From Candidatus Latescibacterota bacterium (lineage in GTDB: Bacteria > Latescibacterota > UBA2968), in contig OZ242320.1 in the NCBI GenBank assembly GCA_965208125.1, positions 1,824,001 through 1,888,000 on the forward strand: a stretch of DNA of 64,000 bases. Direction: 5' to 3'. The translations under genes were made by a program, and so were the position numbers. Below are positions 29,743-40,754 of the stretch, in pieces. How positions within the stretch are numbered: position 1 is the stretch's first letter; each line of letters begins with the position of its first letter. The notes under the pieces were generated by a model. The model worked only from the letters and a program-made list of their open reading frames with translations, made no database searches and was not told where the DNA came from.

Positions 29743-29754
29743 TTTATTTTTTAT

Positions 29755-29970
29755 ATGAAAGTTCAAAAATTCACTCTGATTATCGCACCTGATCCGACAG
29801 AAGAAGAAGCAGATAAAATCTACGGCGTTATTGACGATGGGACACTTGCCACTATCACCGATATTCCTCAAATTCATTTTCATCGAGAAGCGACAACAAT
29901 GGATAGTGCAATTCGATCAGCAATAGCCGATGTGAAGTCTCTGGGTCTGGATGTTCTGCGCGTTGAGTGA
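29755..29970 (+). CDS. Small hypothetical protein (HicB-like antitoxin N-terminus?)
   Basis: FHREATTMDSAIRSAIADV pattern. Confidence 0.6.
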   Translation: MKVQKFTLIIAPDPTEEEADKIYGVIDDGTLATITDIPQIHFHREATTMDSAIRSAIADVKSLGLDVLRVE

Positions 29971-30020
29971 GCCAGAAGCTATCGCGTCATGGGCATAAAA
30001 ATTGGAAAGAAGAGCGAAAA

Positions 30021-30089
30021 ATGACCAATGATATTCGCCTATTAGATGTGGTGGCATTAACAATTGATAAGTTGGAACACAAGCCCTAA
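30021..30089 (+). pseudogene. Duplicated 5' fragment of the DUF4926 gene
   Basis: ~62 nt near-identical to 29500-29561, then a stop (MTNDIRLLDVVALTIDKLEHKP*). Confidence 0.85.
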
Positions 30090-30331
30090 ATACTCCACCA
30101 AAACGATGCTGTTGCTGAATTCGCCCTGTGAAAATAAACATAGGTCTTACAGAGCCTGAATTCGGACCACAAACAGCCGTTTTTCCAACCGCAGACTCAC
30201 TCTCTACCAATTCGGCAACAGCATCCAAAACGGGGTAACTCCATACGACCACCCGCAGGAGCGTCTTGTTTACTCCTTTAGGGTGTTTATTCATGTTACC
30301 AGCGAACTTTATCCTAATCTGGAAACACCCA

Positions 30332-32698
30332 ATGATCCACAACTACCTGCTTGTGGCGATTCGCAATCTCAAGCGTCACAAACTGCATTCGGCGATCAAT
30401 ATCCTCGGTTTGGCCGTTGGTATGGCGTGTTGTCTCTTAATTATACTATTTATAATAGATGAACTGAGCTATGATCACTTTCATGAGAAAGCAGATCGAA
30501 TTTATCGCATTGTAAGTGAATTTGAAAATGAGACCACTGGCGAAATGTATCAGATGGCAACAACACCCTATCTGTTAACTGAGTTGCTTAAAGAGCAATT
30601 TCCTGAAATTGAGAAAACTGTGCGCTTTTATCGCATAAACCCATCTGTACGATATGGCAACAAGCAATTTTTTGAGCGTCAATTTTGTTTTGTCGATGCC
30701 ACTGTATTTGATGTGTTTTCGTTTCCGCTGGAAAAGGGAGATCCAAAGACAGCGCTCAAAGAACCCCATTCGATTGTGATTAATACAGAGATTGCCAGGA
30801 AGTATTTCGGTGATGCAAATCCTATGGGGAAGCTACTCTGGGTAGGAGATTCGATGCCTGCGGTGAAAGTAACAGGGATATTGAAAGACACGTCAGATAA
30901 ATCGCATATTGGATTCAATGCGCTGCTGTCGATGTCTGTTTCACAGGATTTGTTTTCGAATACTACGCTTAATACCTGGCGAAATACCCAGCATACTTAT
31001 GTGTTATTGCGCAAAGGGATTTCATCTGGTGCGCTTGAAGAAAAATTAGTCGCTTTTGTAAAGCAGCTTTATAAAGCAGATGTGCCATTTTCAAAACTGA
31101 TTTTGCAGCCTATCACACTTATTCATTTACACTCAAATATCCAAGAGGAGTGGAAAGCGAATAGTTCTATAGATTTCGTGTATACTATCGGAAGTATTGC
31201 TGTATTGGTGATGGCAATTGCGTGTTTGAATTTCATGAGCTTGTCAACAGCGCGATCTATTATTCGCGCTAAAGAAATTGGCCTGCGAAAGGTGGTGGGT
31301 GCGCATCGGTGGCATTTGGTTGCTCAGTTTCTCGGCGAGTCGGTACTGTTATCCTGTATCGCCCTTTGTATCACGCTGTTATTGGTTAAATTTTCTGTGC
31401 CTTGGTTCAATAAATTGATGGCAACAAATCTACAAGTATCTTTATGGCAAGGTTGGGTTGGCTTCCCATTTTTCGTTGGTTTTTCCTTTTTTATTGGGCT
31501 TGTCGCTGGGTGTTATCCCGCTCTTGTATTGTCGAATTTCCAGCCTGTCCAAGCCTTGCAAGAACAGAAGGTTGGTCGCCGTGTGGTATTTCGCAATGCG
31601 TTGGTTGTAGTTCAATTTTGCATTTCAATTGTTATGCTGATTTGCACAGGTATAGTATTTAAACAGTTGGAATTTTTGAGATCCAAAGCATTGGGCTTTG
31701 AAAAGGAAAATATAGTGGTAATCGAACGATCAAGATTTGTACACGCTCAATTAGATGCATTCAAAGCAGAAGTATTGAAAAATCCGAATGTATTGAGAAT
31801 AGGAACGGGCCGCAATGTACCCCCCGATGACCTTGTGCGTCGATATAACGTAGTTCCTGAAGGTGGAGCGCTAAGAGAGATGGCTGTATTGATGGTAGAT
31901 CCGGATTATTTTAGAGCTCTTGGGATCGACTTAGAAATGGGACGCGATTTCTCACAGGCTCGGGCAGCAGATGCAGAGGGGGCGGTGATTCTTAATCGGG
32001 CGGCGATAGAAGAATTCGGATGGGGAGCACCATTAGGCAAAACAGTGCGTATACCGTATGTGGAGCGGCAAGGACAGGTGATAGGGGTGATCGAAGATTT
32101 TCATTTTGAGTCGCTCTATCAGGAGATTGTGCCAATGGCGTTTATTATGACGCCGCGCTGGTATAGCAAGTTTGTTGTTCGCGTTCAGTCCCAAAATATA
32201 ATGAATACGATTGAATATCTAAAACAGACTTGGGATGTATTTGTTCCGGATCGTTCGTTTGAATTCTATTTTTTGTCTAGTCGATTAGATGGGTTATATC
32301 AAGTTGAAAAAAGACGCGGACATGTTTCAGGTATTCTAACGGGATTAGCGATGTTTGTTGCTTGTTTGGGACTATTCGGTTTGGCGGCATTCACCGCAGA
32401 GCGGCGGACAAAAGAGATTGGTATTCGCAAAGTGTTGGGTGCGTCGGCGGGTAGAATTGTGATGTTACTGTCAAAGGATTTTTTGACACTGGTTATGGTC
32501 GCAAACCTCATTGCGTGGCCTGTTGCATACTGGGTCATGCGAGATTGGTTAACGAATTTTGCTTATCGTATAGATTTGCACTGGACAATTTTTGTGCTCA
32601 GTGGCGGGTTGGCGTTGCTGGTTGCATTCCTGACAGTAAGCTATCAAGCTTGGAAAACTGCTTGTACAAATCCTGTAGATGCTCTCAAAAAAGAATAG
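30332..32698 (+). CDS. ABC transporter permease (MacB/FtsX type)
   Basis: INILGLAVG, RAKEIGLRKVVGA, RTKEIGIRKVLGA, NPVDALK. Confidence 0.95.
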   Translation: MIHNYLLVAIRNLKRHKLHSAINILGLAVGMACCLLIILFIIDELSYDHFHEKADRIYRIVSEFENETTGEMYQMATTPYLLTELLKEQFPEIEKTVRFYRINPSVRYGNKQFFERQFCFVDATVFDVFSFPLEKGDPKTALKEPHSIVINTEIARKYFGDANPMGKLLWVGDSMPAVKVTGILKDTSDKSHIGFNALLSMSVSQDLFSNTTLNTWRNTQHTYVLLRKGISSGALEEKLVAFVKQLYKADVPFSKLILQPITLIHLHSNIQEEWKANSSIDFVYTIGSIAVLVMAIACLNFMSLSTARSIIRAKEIGLRKVVGAHRWHLVAQFLGESVLLSCIALCITLLLVKFSVPWFNKLMATNLQVSLWQGWVGFPFFVGFSFFIGLVAGCYPALVLSNFQPVQALQEQKVGRRVVFRNALVVVQFCISIVMLICTGIVFKQLEFLRSKALGFEKENIVVIERSRFVHAQLDAFKAEVLKNPNVLRIGTGRNVPPDDLVRRYNVVPEGGALREMAVLMVDPDYFRALGIDLEMGRDFSQARAADAEGAVILNRAAIEEFGWGAPLGKTVRIPYVERQGQVIGVIEDFHFESLYQEIVPMAFIMTPRWYSKFVVRVQSQNIMNTIEYLKQTWDVFVPDRSFEFYFLSSRLDGLYQVEKRRGHVSGILTGLAMFVACLGLFGLAAFTAERRTKEIGIRKVLGASAGRIVMLLSKDFLTLVMVANLIAWPVAYWVMRDWLTNFAYRIDLHWTIFVLSGGLALLVAFLTVSYQAWKTACTNPVDALKKE

Positions 32699-32861
32699 AA
32701 AAACAAAATCATGACATCGAACTTCTGGAGAATTGATAGAGGATGCACAAGCCATAGATGTTGCAAAGGAAAATTCAGAAGGCACAGAATGAATCTATAG
32801 CCAAAATTAGCATTTGTGTTTTTTCCGATTTTTCCGGGTGGAAGGTCATAGCACTCACTTT

Positions 32862-33275
32862 TTATTGTGTTTGGTACATCACAAAATCGCTATCGGGAGA
32901 GACTGCTTTTAGAAGTTGATCAAATTTTTCCAGAGTAGGCACTGACGTGCCCTGTTCGTAACGCGCATAAGCATTGCGGGATTGAACACCGAGGCGTTGG
33001 GCAACTTCAGATAATGACAAACCGCTTTTTTCGCGCTGGCGACGGAGCATAAGGCTAATCATTACACATGTATCTGAGGAACTAACTTCGAAAGTGCCGC
33101 GTTTTACGGAGTGAACTTTGACTGAAAATTCTGGGCGATTCACCAGCGTCTCTATCAGATCTTTGACCATAACACATGCTTCTTTTTTCGTATATCCCTG
33201 AGTCATAGCGTCGAGCATTGGGATTTCCGCAAGCCAAAATTTTCCATCCTTATAAATTTTACCTTGAAACCGCAT
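32862..33275 (-). CDS. HicB-like antitoxin with C-terminal XRE HTH (orphan)
   Basis: WLAEIPMLDAMTQG..KKEA, followed by an HTH (YARYEQG). Confidence 0.8.
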   Translation of the reverse strand: MRFQGKIYKDGKFWLAEIPMLDAMTQGYTKKEACVMVKDLIETLVNRPEFSVKVHSVKRGTFEVSSSDTCVMISLMLRRQREKSGLSLSEVAQRLGVQSRNAYARYEQGTSVPTLEKFDQLLKAVSPDSDFVMYQTQ

Positions 33276-33289
33276 GTCAATTTCTCTAT

Positions 33290-34633
33290 TCAAAACCTCA
33301 GCGTAAAAACGGTCTTTTCTTCCGGCTTGGACTGAACGCTTATCGTACCGCGATGAACGCGCATAATCTGTCTGGAAAGTGCGAGACCTATACCCGAGCC
33401 ATCGCGTTTGGTCGTAAAAAACGGAATAAAAATCCGCTCCTGCACATCTTCCAAAATACCTGGCCCATTGTCCTGCACGCGGATGACAACGCGGCCTCGT
33501 CCATCGAGTTGTGCCGAGAGATCCATGCGGGCATTGGAACGACCTGCAAGAGCTTGCACGGCATTCCGCATCAAATTGATCAACACCTGTTCGATGAGAT
33601 CGGGATCCGCGGTAAGCTCCAGCGTCCTGGGATCAATTGTCGTATGAAGAGCAATATCATTCTTATCGCATTCCCCCTGCATCAGAAACACAACGCGGGC
33701 AAAAAGCTCGGAAACCTGAAAAATTTGAAAATCGGGACGCGATATATGCGTAAGTTGGCGATACGCCTCGACAAAATGGAGCAGACCTTCGCTGCGCGAC
33801 TGAATCGTTTCCAGAGCCGTGTGAACATCGGGCAGCGTATCGGGATCAAGCGATGAGGCGTGCGCAGAATCGGGCAAAAGATCGCGCACGGTGGAAGTGA
33901 GAGAAGAAATCGGAGTAATAGAATTCATGATCTCATGGGTCAACACGCGAATCAGCTTTTGCCACGCCTCCATTTCCTGCTCTTCGAGTTCGCTCTGGAT
34001 ATTTTGAATAGACGCCAGAATAAAAGACTCGCCCCGCATCCGCAGTTCGGTCGCATAGACAATAATCTGGAGCAGTTCGTCCTCATCCTGAATTTTGACC
34101 AGCGTCTTATCGCCCGAGCGGAGTTTGAGCAGCGCCTCTGAAAACGCCTTACTAACCGTCTCCAATTCGCGCACATCGCGCATATGGGGCTTGCGAAGCA
34201 AACGCTGCGCCGCCGTATTCATCAGTTCAATCCGACCTTCGGGCGTATAGCAAATCAGACCAATGCCCACATGCTGGACAACGGTCTGGAGATACTGAAA
34301 ATTCTCTTCTCTTTCTGCGCGCGTCTTGCGAAAAGCCTCGAGCACCTCGTTAAACGCATCCTTGAGATTGTTATACGCCGACCCCAACCCGGCACCCGTA
34401 AAAGATTGGGAAAAATCCTCATAGCGAATCGCCTGCAAAAATCGCGTGAGATCGCGCTGCGTGCGCTCCACATAGTGTATAAGTGCCCAGGTCTGATAGA
34501 CCACACACGCACCAATAATAGCAAGCGTGGCGTAGTATTCACTAAAAAAAAGACAATAAAAGAAAAGACAGGTCGTGATGCACAGAAGGGCCACGCGCAA
34601 AACACATATCAGGCGAAAGTGTTTATAAGCCAT
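33290..34633 (-). CDS. Sensor histidine kinase
   Basis: LTHEIMNS H-box, NLMRNA, DNGPGI, PFFTTK..GSGIGL. Confidence 0.95.
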   Translation of the reverse strand: MAYKHFRLICVLRVALLCITTCLFFYCLFFSEYYATLAIIGACVVYQTWALIHYVERTQRDLTRFLQAIRYEDFSQSFTGAGLGSAYNNLKDAFNEVLEAFRKTRAEREENFQYLQTVVQHVGIGLICYTPEGRIELMNTAAQRLLRKPHMRDVRELETVSKAFSEALLKLRSGDKTLVKIQDEDELLQIIVYATELRMRGESFILASIQNIQSELEEQEMEAWQKLIRVLTHEIMNSITPISSLTSTVRDLLPDSAHASSLDPDTLPDVHTALETIQSRSEGLLHFVEAYRQLTHISRPDFQIFQVSELFARVVFLMQGECDKNDIALHTTIDPRTLELTADPDLIEQVLINLMRNAVQALAGRSNARMDLSAQLDGRGRVVIRVQDNGPGILEDVQERIFIPFFTTKRDGSGIGLALSRQIMRVHRGTISVQSKPEEKTVFTLRF

Positions 34634-36005
34634 GCTTTTCGAGCCTGCGATAAAGCGCGCTACGCGTGAGACCGAGTTCACGCGCTGCGTGACTGATATT
34701 GCCGCGGTGTTTTTCAATCGCCTTGCGAATAACGGTTTTCTCCACATATTCGAGATTGAAGTCATCAAAATGAATATCGTCACCTGCGGCGGGTTCGGAA
34801 ACGCTGAGAGGAAAGTCCAGCGGTTGAAGAATGCCATTTTCGTTCATAATCACAGCCCGTTCAATCGCGTGCTGCAATTCGCGGATATTGCCCGGCCATG
34901 TGTAATTTTTGAGATGCTCAAGTGCTGCTGATTGAATGGCAATACCCGGTTTATTGTATTTCTGACCGTACGTATCGAGAAACACCTCCACAAGCAGGGG
35001 AATATCGTCAAGGCGATCGCGCAGAGGCGGCAGATGGAGTTCAACAGTATTGACGCGATACAGAAGATCTTGCCGAAAATCATTGCTGGCCACCATATCG
35101 TGAATGGGCATATTGGTCGCACAGATCAGGCGCACATCAATATCGATAGGTCGGTTGGTACCCAGGCGAATAACCGTGCGGTTTTCAAGTGCCGTCAGCA
35201 GCTTGGCCTGGAGCGGCAGCGAAAGATTGCCAATTTCATCCAAAAAAAGCGTACCACCCGACGCGATTTCAAAACGCCCCGCACGGTCTTCTCTCGCATC
35301 TGTAAAAGCACCTTTTTTGTGCCCAAAAAGCTCGCTTTCAAAAAGGCTTTCTGAAACAGCACCGAGATCAACGCGGATAAACGCCTCTGCAGCACGCCGA
35401 GACCGACGGTGCAGGGCACGGGCAACAGCATCTTTCCCCGTTCCATTCTCTCCAAGGATCAGCACATTGGCGTCGGTAGCCCCCACTTTTTGAATGGTAT
35501 CAAAGACCTCGCTCATGGCGCGCGATGTACCCACCATATCGGGAAACTGACCGTCGAGATCGGCGCGAAGCTGTTCTTGTTCGGCGCGCAACTGATTGAC
35601 CTCGAGCCGCGACCGCCGCAACCGCACAGCAGAAGAAAGGGTCGCGAGCAACTTTTCATTTTGCCACGGCTTGAGCACAAAATCCGTCGCACCCTCTTTG
35701 ATCGCTTGCACAGCCGTTTCAACACCGCCATAAGCCGTAATGAGAATGACCACTGCCGAAGAATCGATCTCGAGAATGCGACTCAGCCAGTGAAACCCCT
35801 CTTTGCCCGATGTGGCATCCTGTGCAAAATTCATATCGAGCAAAATCACGTCATAAGTATCATTTTGCAGCAGACCGGGAATGCGGTTGGGATCGGCCTC
35901 GGTATCAACGCGTTCGGCATACTGCTTGAGATAGAGTTGCGCAGCCAACAAAACATCGCGGTCATCGTCAACAATGAGAATTTTGTTGAAAGATTTCGAT
36001 TCCAT
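34623..36005 (-). CDS. Sigma54-dependent NtrC-family response regulator
   Basis: Receiver domain, GENGTGK, ESELFGHKKGAFTDA, WPGNIREL, Fis HTH. Confidence 0.96.
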   Translation of the reverse strand: MESKSFNKILIVDDDRDVLLAAQLYLKQYAERVDTEADPNRIPGLLQNDTYDVILLDMNFAQDATSGKEGFHWLSRILEIDSSAVVILITAYGGVETAVQAIKEGATDFVLKPWQNEKLLATLSSAVRLRRSRLEVNQLRAEQEQLRADLDGQFPDMVGTSRAMSEVFDTIQKVGATDANVLILGENGTGKDAVARALHRRSRRAAEAFIRVDLGAVSESLFESELFGHKKGAFTDAREDRAGRFEIASGGTLFLDEIGNLSLPLQAKLLTALENRTVIRLGTNRPIDIDVRLICATNMPIHDMVASNDFRQDLLYRVNTVELHLPPLRDRLDDIPLLVEVFLDTYGQKYNKPGIAIQSAALEHLKNYTWPGNIRELQHAIERAVIMNENGILQPLDFPLSVSEPAAGDDIHFDDFNLEYVEKTVIRKAIEKHRGNISHAARELGLTRSALYRRLEKHGL

Positions 36006-36017
36006 AACAGCCTCGGA

Positions 36018-36106
36018 CGGGCGACCACAGGGGGTCGCAGGACAACCACAGGGGGTTGTCCCTACAACAAACACACTATCGTAGGGGACGGCCCCTGTGC
36101 CGTCCC
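36018..36106. repeat. REP doublet (REPIN-like) element
   Basis: GTAG-headed imperfect palindromes; near-identical inverted copy at 60083-60175. Confidence 0.85.
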
Positions 36107-36124
36107 GCTCGCTTCTCGCCCCTT

Positions 36125-37225
36125 TTATTTCCCCAGCTTGAGAATCATAATCCACATCGGTTGCTCACCCACATGATAGACCTTGAGAGGCGTGAGACCG
36201 CCCGTCTCTCTATCGATGCGATACCCGGCCATCTTGTCTGACCGTTGACCCGCTGCGAAGAGGAAATTGCCTTCGGGATCGAGATTGAAAGGACGGGGGA
36301 TAGGTTCCGTAGGCGTTTGCCCCAGTGATTCGAGAGAACCGTCATCCTGCACAGCATAGCCCGCAATGCTATTGTGCCCGCGATTGGAGATATACAGAAA
36401 CTTGCCCGAAGGATGAATGTGGATTTGGGCACAGGTATTGCGCTCTGTAAATCCCTCTGGCAGCGTTGAAAGAGTTTGGCGGGGCGCAAGCGTTCCATTA
36501 TCCGGGTTAAAATCATACACCGTAACACTGGAGCCATTTTCATTCGCAACATAAACCACATCTAAAGTCGGGTGAAACTCGTAATGCCGCGGACCTTCGC
36601 CATAAACCGCATCGACTTTCACGACCTCATTAGCAGCCAACTCGCCCGTGGTCTCATCAAAAGTAAACTGATAAATAGCATTGACCGGCATCGTATGCGG
36701 CACAAATAGGAATTGATTGGAAGGATCGGGAAAAAAGCAATGCGCGTGTTCATCCGTGGGAATCCACTGGCGATGTGGCGCGAGCACAGCACCGTTTTTG
36801 TCAATCGCATTGATGGCCACTGCGCCCTCGCCGTAATACGCAGAAAAAAGATACCGCCCGGTCTTGTCCGTACTGATATAACAAGAGCCACCATCAAAAG
36901 GCGCAGTAGAAACATGCTCGAGCGCGCCGGTTTCGGGATCAATACTGTAAGTAACGAGTTCTTTAGACTGTCGCAACGCCGCGTAGAGATATTTTTGTTG
37001 CGGATCGGTACAAAGCGGACCAATACCGCCTTTGGCGGGAAGTTCTTCAATAAGTGTGAGGTCGCCGGTATCGGGATCCATGTCATAACGCAAGAGTTTC
37101 TTGTCTTTAGAGACAGCGACGTACATGTGATACTTCATAGTTTGTTCCTTTCTATTGAATTGTTGGGCAAACAAACTGCCCGTGAACATGGCAAAGAGTA
37201 GAAAAAAAATTGTTTTCATGGCCAT
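36125..37225 (-). CDS. 6-phosphogluconolactonase-like beta-propeller lactonase
   Basis: HAH, GPRH..FHP, SNRGHNSI, PRPF. Confidence 0.9.
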   Translation of the reverse strand: MAMKTIFFLLFAMFTGSLFAQQFNRKEQTMKYHMYVAVSKDKKLLRYDMDPDTGDLTLIEELPAKGGIGPLCTDPQQKYLYAALRQSKELVTYSIDPETGALEHVSTAPFDGGSCYISTDKTGRYLFSAYYGEGAVAINAIDKNGAVLAPHRQWIPTDEHAHCFFPDPSNQFLFVPHTMPVNAIYQFTFDETTGELAANEVVKVDAVYGEGPRHYEFHPTLDVVYVANENGSSVTVYDFNPDNGTLAPRQTLSTLPEGFTERNTCAQIHIHPSGKFLYISNRGHNSIAGYAVQDDGSLESLGQTPTEPIPRPFNLDPEGNFLFAAGQRSDKMAGYRIDRETGGLTPLKVYHVGEQPMWIMILKLGK

Positions 37226-37371
37226 ACTCCAAAAAAGTGGTCGTTATTTGTCACAATATAGCATTGGATGAAACGGATAGAAAGCAGAAAGGAACACCTG
37301 CTATAGAGTGGTTCTCGATGGGCTTGACATTGTGACAAGAGCAAAGTTTATTGATCGCGGAAGAGACGTAA

Positions 37372-37456
37372 GAGCGGCATCCCTGCCGCGATGATCAGGG
37401 TCGGGGGGCGATGTACAACTGGTCGTTAGACCAGTTCAAAGGATTTCCCTCCTACA
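37372..37456. repeat. REP-like palindromes shared with the 2719-2880 insertion
   Basis: gagcggcatccctgccgcgat and aaaggatttccctcctac. Confidence 0.7.
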
Positions 37457-37528
37457 TCTCACGCACTTTGCGTTTTGTATCTTTGTGTCTTTGTGTGAGG
37501 CTATCTCACCGCCTTTAAGGAGAAAAAT

Positions 37529-38920
37529 ATGAGCAAAAAACCCAACATCCTCTTCTTTTTCACTGACGACCAGCGATTTGACACCATTCGCGCGCTGGGC
37601 AATACAGATGTGCAAACACCCGTCCTGGATCGCCTCGTAGCAGAAGGCACGACATTTACACACGCGCACATACCCGGCGGAACATCGGGCGCAATATGCA
37701 TGCCCAGCCGCGCCATGTTGCACACGGGACGCACACTCTTTCACCTCGACGGCGCGGGCCAGGGCATTCCCAATGACCACGTAATGCTGGGCGAACATCT
37801 GCAAGCCAACGGCTACCGCACCTGGGGCACGGGAAAATGGCACAATGGACCCGCTTCTTTTGCGCGCAGCTTTTCAGACGGCGCAGAGATCTTTTTCGGG
37901 GGCATGGACGACCACTGGAACGTGCCCGCATTTAATTATGACCCCACCGGCAAATACGACTCCGTACTCCTGCAGTGTCCGACTCCCAACCAATCAAACA
38001 CCTTGAAAATACGAAAAGGCGACCACGTAACCGCGGGCAAACACTCCAGCGAATTATTTGCCGAAGGTGCGATTGACTGGCTGGAAAAATACGACTCGGA
38101 CAACCCATTCTTTATGTACATCTCATTCATGGCGCCCCACGACCCGCGCACAATGCCGCAAAAATATCTCGATATGTACGACCCCGAAGACATCCCGCTC
38201 CCAGAGAACTTTATGGGCGGACATCCATTTGACAATGGCGACCTGAAAGTGCGCGATGAAGTCCTCGAAGATTTCCCTCGTGACCCCTACAAAGTCCGAC
38301 AACACATTGCCGAATACTACGCCATGATCACCCACTTAGACGCGCAGATGGGGCGCGTACTCGACACAATAAGCGCACTCGGAATGTCGGATAACACCAT
38401 CGTCGTCTTTGCCGGGGATAATGGACTCGCCGTGGGACAGCACGGACTTTTCGGCAAACAGAACATGTACGAACACAGCGTGCGCGTACCCCTGATATTT
38501 TCCGGACCGGGCGTACCCGCAGGGCAAAAACAATCCGCCTATGTGTATTTACACGATATTTTCCCAACCCTGTGCGACTTAATCGGCACCAACACACCCG
38601 ACTCTGTTGAGGGAACCAGCCTATTATCCGCACTCAACAACGGCGATGAACAGGTGCGCGACACCCTCTTCTCTGCGTACCGCGAGTGGCAACGCATGGT
38701 AAAAGACAATCGATTTAAACTAATCGAATACGCCGTAAATGGACGCCGCACAACGCAGCTATTCGATCTGGAAAACGACCCCCTGGAACTGCACAATCTC
38801 GCAGACGACAAAGCGCACGCCAGCAAAGTAGCTGACCTGCGAGAAGTACTTTTTAAATGGCGCGATGACTGGGACGATGCGAAAAGCGAATGGGGAAAAA
38901 CATTTTGGGAAGCGTTTTAA
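37529..38920 (+). CDS. Sulfatase (choline-sulfatase-like)
   Basis: PNILFFFTDDQR, CMPSR, GKWH, GKQNMYEHS. Confidence 0.95.
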   Translation: MSKKPNILFFFTDDQRFDTIRALGNTDVQTPVLDRLVAEGTTFTHAHIPGGTSGAICMPSRAMLHTGRTLFHLDGAGQGIPNDHVMLGEHLQANGYRTWGTGKWHNGPASFARSFSDGAEIFFGGMDDHWNVPAFNYDPTGKYDSVLLQCPTPNQSNTLKIRKGDHVTAGKHSSELFAEGAIDWLEKYDSDNPFFMYISFMAPHDPRTMPQKYLDMYDPEDIPLPENFMGGHPFDNGDLKVRDEVLEDFPRDPYKVRQHIAEYYAMITHLDAQMGRVLDTISALGMSDNTIVVFAGDNGLAVGQHGLFGKQNMYEHSVRVPLIFSGPGVPAGQKQSAYVYLHDIFPTLCDLIGTNTPDSVEGTSLLSALNNGDEQVRDTLFSAYREWQRMVKDNRFKLIEYAVNGRRTTQLFDLENDPLELHNLADDKAHASKVADLREVLFKWRDDWDDAKSEWGKTFWEAF

Positions 38921-38926
38921 AAACAA

Positions 38927-39015
38927 GCTATCAGCGGTCAGCAGTCAAGAAAACAAGCGAGATATTGCCTTTGGGTGGCTGGGCGGGAGACTGATAGCTG
39001 ATGGCTGAAAGCTGA
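38927..39015. repeat. Inverted heptamer short tandem repeats
   Basis: gctatcagcggtcagcagtca ... ctgatagctgatggctgaaagctga. Confidence 0.6.
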
Positions 39016-39036
39016 TCGCTTAGAAAGGAGACGACC

Positions 39037-39882
39037 ATGGATGCTTCATGTCTGGCGCATAGCTTGAGAGAAGAAGAGCGATTGCAGTTTGAACGCGATG
39101 GGTATCTGATTGTCGAAAATGCTCTCGACCCCGACCACGCCGCGCGCCTGTGCGCCGTGGTCGATCGCGTGGATGCCGAAATGCGCCCCAAACAAGGCGT
39201 GGATAAGCTCGGACGCTTGAGCGTCAGAGACTTTATCGGCCTCGACTGGGAATTTGTCGAACTGGTAGATTGGCCCAGGACCATTGCAAAAGTATGGGAC
39301 ATTTTGAGCTGGAACTTGCAAATCTATCACTCGCACCTCAACGTCACCCCCCCGGTATCAAACGGAAGTGGTGGAAAGAATCTGCGCTGGCATCAAGACA
39401 GTGCCCTGCTCAATCAGGAATTAGAAACAGATCCCCGCCCCCGCATCTCAATCAAAGTGGCATACTTCTTAACGGACTGCAGCGAAGATGGCCGGGGCAA
39501 CTTTTACATTATACCGGGCAGTCATTTGACCAACGACTACGACTTTCCCAATGGCGACCGCACATCCGAACCCAAAGATGCAATACCCGTGCTCGTCAAG
39601 CCGGGAACAGCCGTATTTTTTGACCGCAGACTCTGGCACTCGGTAAGCGCAAATTACTGGACAGAAGCGCGTCTGGCACTCTTTTACGGATATAGCTATC
39701 GCTGGTTCCGTCCCCGCGATGACGTAACGATGGATCACTGGTGGGACCGGTTAGATCCCATCCGCAAACAATTATTTGGCAACGCGCCAACCGGCGGGTA
39801 TGGTTTCACCTCTCCCACTGACGAAGATGTGCCCTTGCGCGGATGGCTATCTGAACACCTGGGCGAAGAAGCTGTGGCATAG
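39037..39882 (+). CDS. Phytanoyl-CoA dioxygenase (PhyH) family protein
   Basis: FERDGYL, WHQD, PGSH, LWH. Confidence 0.92.
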   Translation: MDASCLAHSLREEERLQFERDGYLIVENALDPDHAARLCAVVDRVDAEMRPKQGVDKLGRLSVRDFIGLDWEFVELVDWPRTIAKVWDILSWNLQIYHSHLNVTPPVSNGSGGKNLRWHQDSALLNQELETDPRPRISIKVAYFLTDCSEDGRGNFYIIPGSHLTNDYDFPNGDRTSEPKDAIPVLVKPGTAVFFDRRLWHSVSANYWTEARLALFYGYSYRWFRPRDDVTMDHWWDRLDPIRKQLFGNAPTGGYGFTSPTDEDVPLRGWLSEHLGEEAVA

Positions 39883-39883
39883 T

Positions 39884-40072
39884 ATGAGGATCGGATTATG
39901 GAATGGGAACCCATCTTTCACGATTTTACATTCGGCGAATCCGAACGCCGAGAAATGGTGCGTGGTATATGCCTATCGCAATCCCGGCCTGCCGTCAAAT
40001 GCGCGATGGATATCCGAGGAATACGAAAAACGGCGCGTCCCTGGCGCCGAAGGCTTGTTGAGCCTTTATTAA
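39884..40072 (+). pseudogene. Possible C-terminal remnant of a second PhyH-like gene
   Basis: ILHSANPN...VVYAYR resembles the distal His motif of PhyH enzymes. Confidence 0.35.
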
Positions 40073-40087
40073 CCAGAAAGGAAAAAT

Positions 40088-40753
40088 ATGAACATCTTAC
40101 TCCTGCGGCATTCAGCTGGTTTTGAACACAGCTATTTGCCCGACGCAGAAGTGGCTCTGAAAGCAATCGGCAAAGAGAACGGGTGGCGCGTTTTAACCAC
40201 GCACAGGTTGGACCGCATTTCCGCTGAGAACCTGGAAAAATTTGACATCCTCGCATTTGCGACAACCGGAAACCTGCCCTTTACCGATGAGCAAAAAACC
40301 GCGATCCTGAACTTTGTCCGCAACGGCAAATCATTCTTCGGCATACACAACGCAACCGACACCTGCTATGACTGGCCCGAATACGGCGAAATGCTCGGCG
40401 GATGGTTCAACGGCCATCCCTGGCACCATGAAGTGGGGATCATTGTCGAAGACACCAATCACCCCGCGACAAAAATGCTGGGCGACTATTTTCGGGTAAC
40501 AGATGAAATCTACACATTCAAAAATTACGACCGCAACAAGACCCATATCCTGATGCGGATCGACAACGAAACCGTAGATCTGGAAAAAGGCAACCGCGAA
40601 GATAACGACTACGCCATGGGCTGGTGCCACGAATACGGCAAAGGCCGCGTCATGTACACCGCCCTGGGACATCCCGATGCCCTGTGGCACGAAGACTGGT
40701 TCCACGCGCACATCACGGGATGTATCAAATGGGCTGCAAGGTTGGAGGATTAA
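40088..40753 (+). CDS. ThuA domain protein
   Basis: GFEH, GIHNATD, GHPW, DEIY, YTALGH. Confidence 0.9.
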   Translation: MNILLLRHSAGFEHSYLPDAEVALKAIGKENGWRVLTTHRLDRISAENLEKFDILAFATTGNLPFTDEQKTAILNFVRNGKSFFGIHNATDTCYDWPEYGEMLGGWFNGHPWHHEVGIIVEDTNHPATKMLGDYFRVTDEIYTFKNYDRNKTHILMRIDNETVDLEKGNREDNDYAMGWCHEYGKGRVMYTALGHPDALWHEDWFHAHITGCIKWAARLED

Positions 40754-40754
40754 A

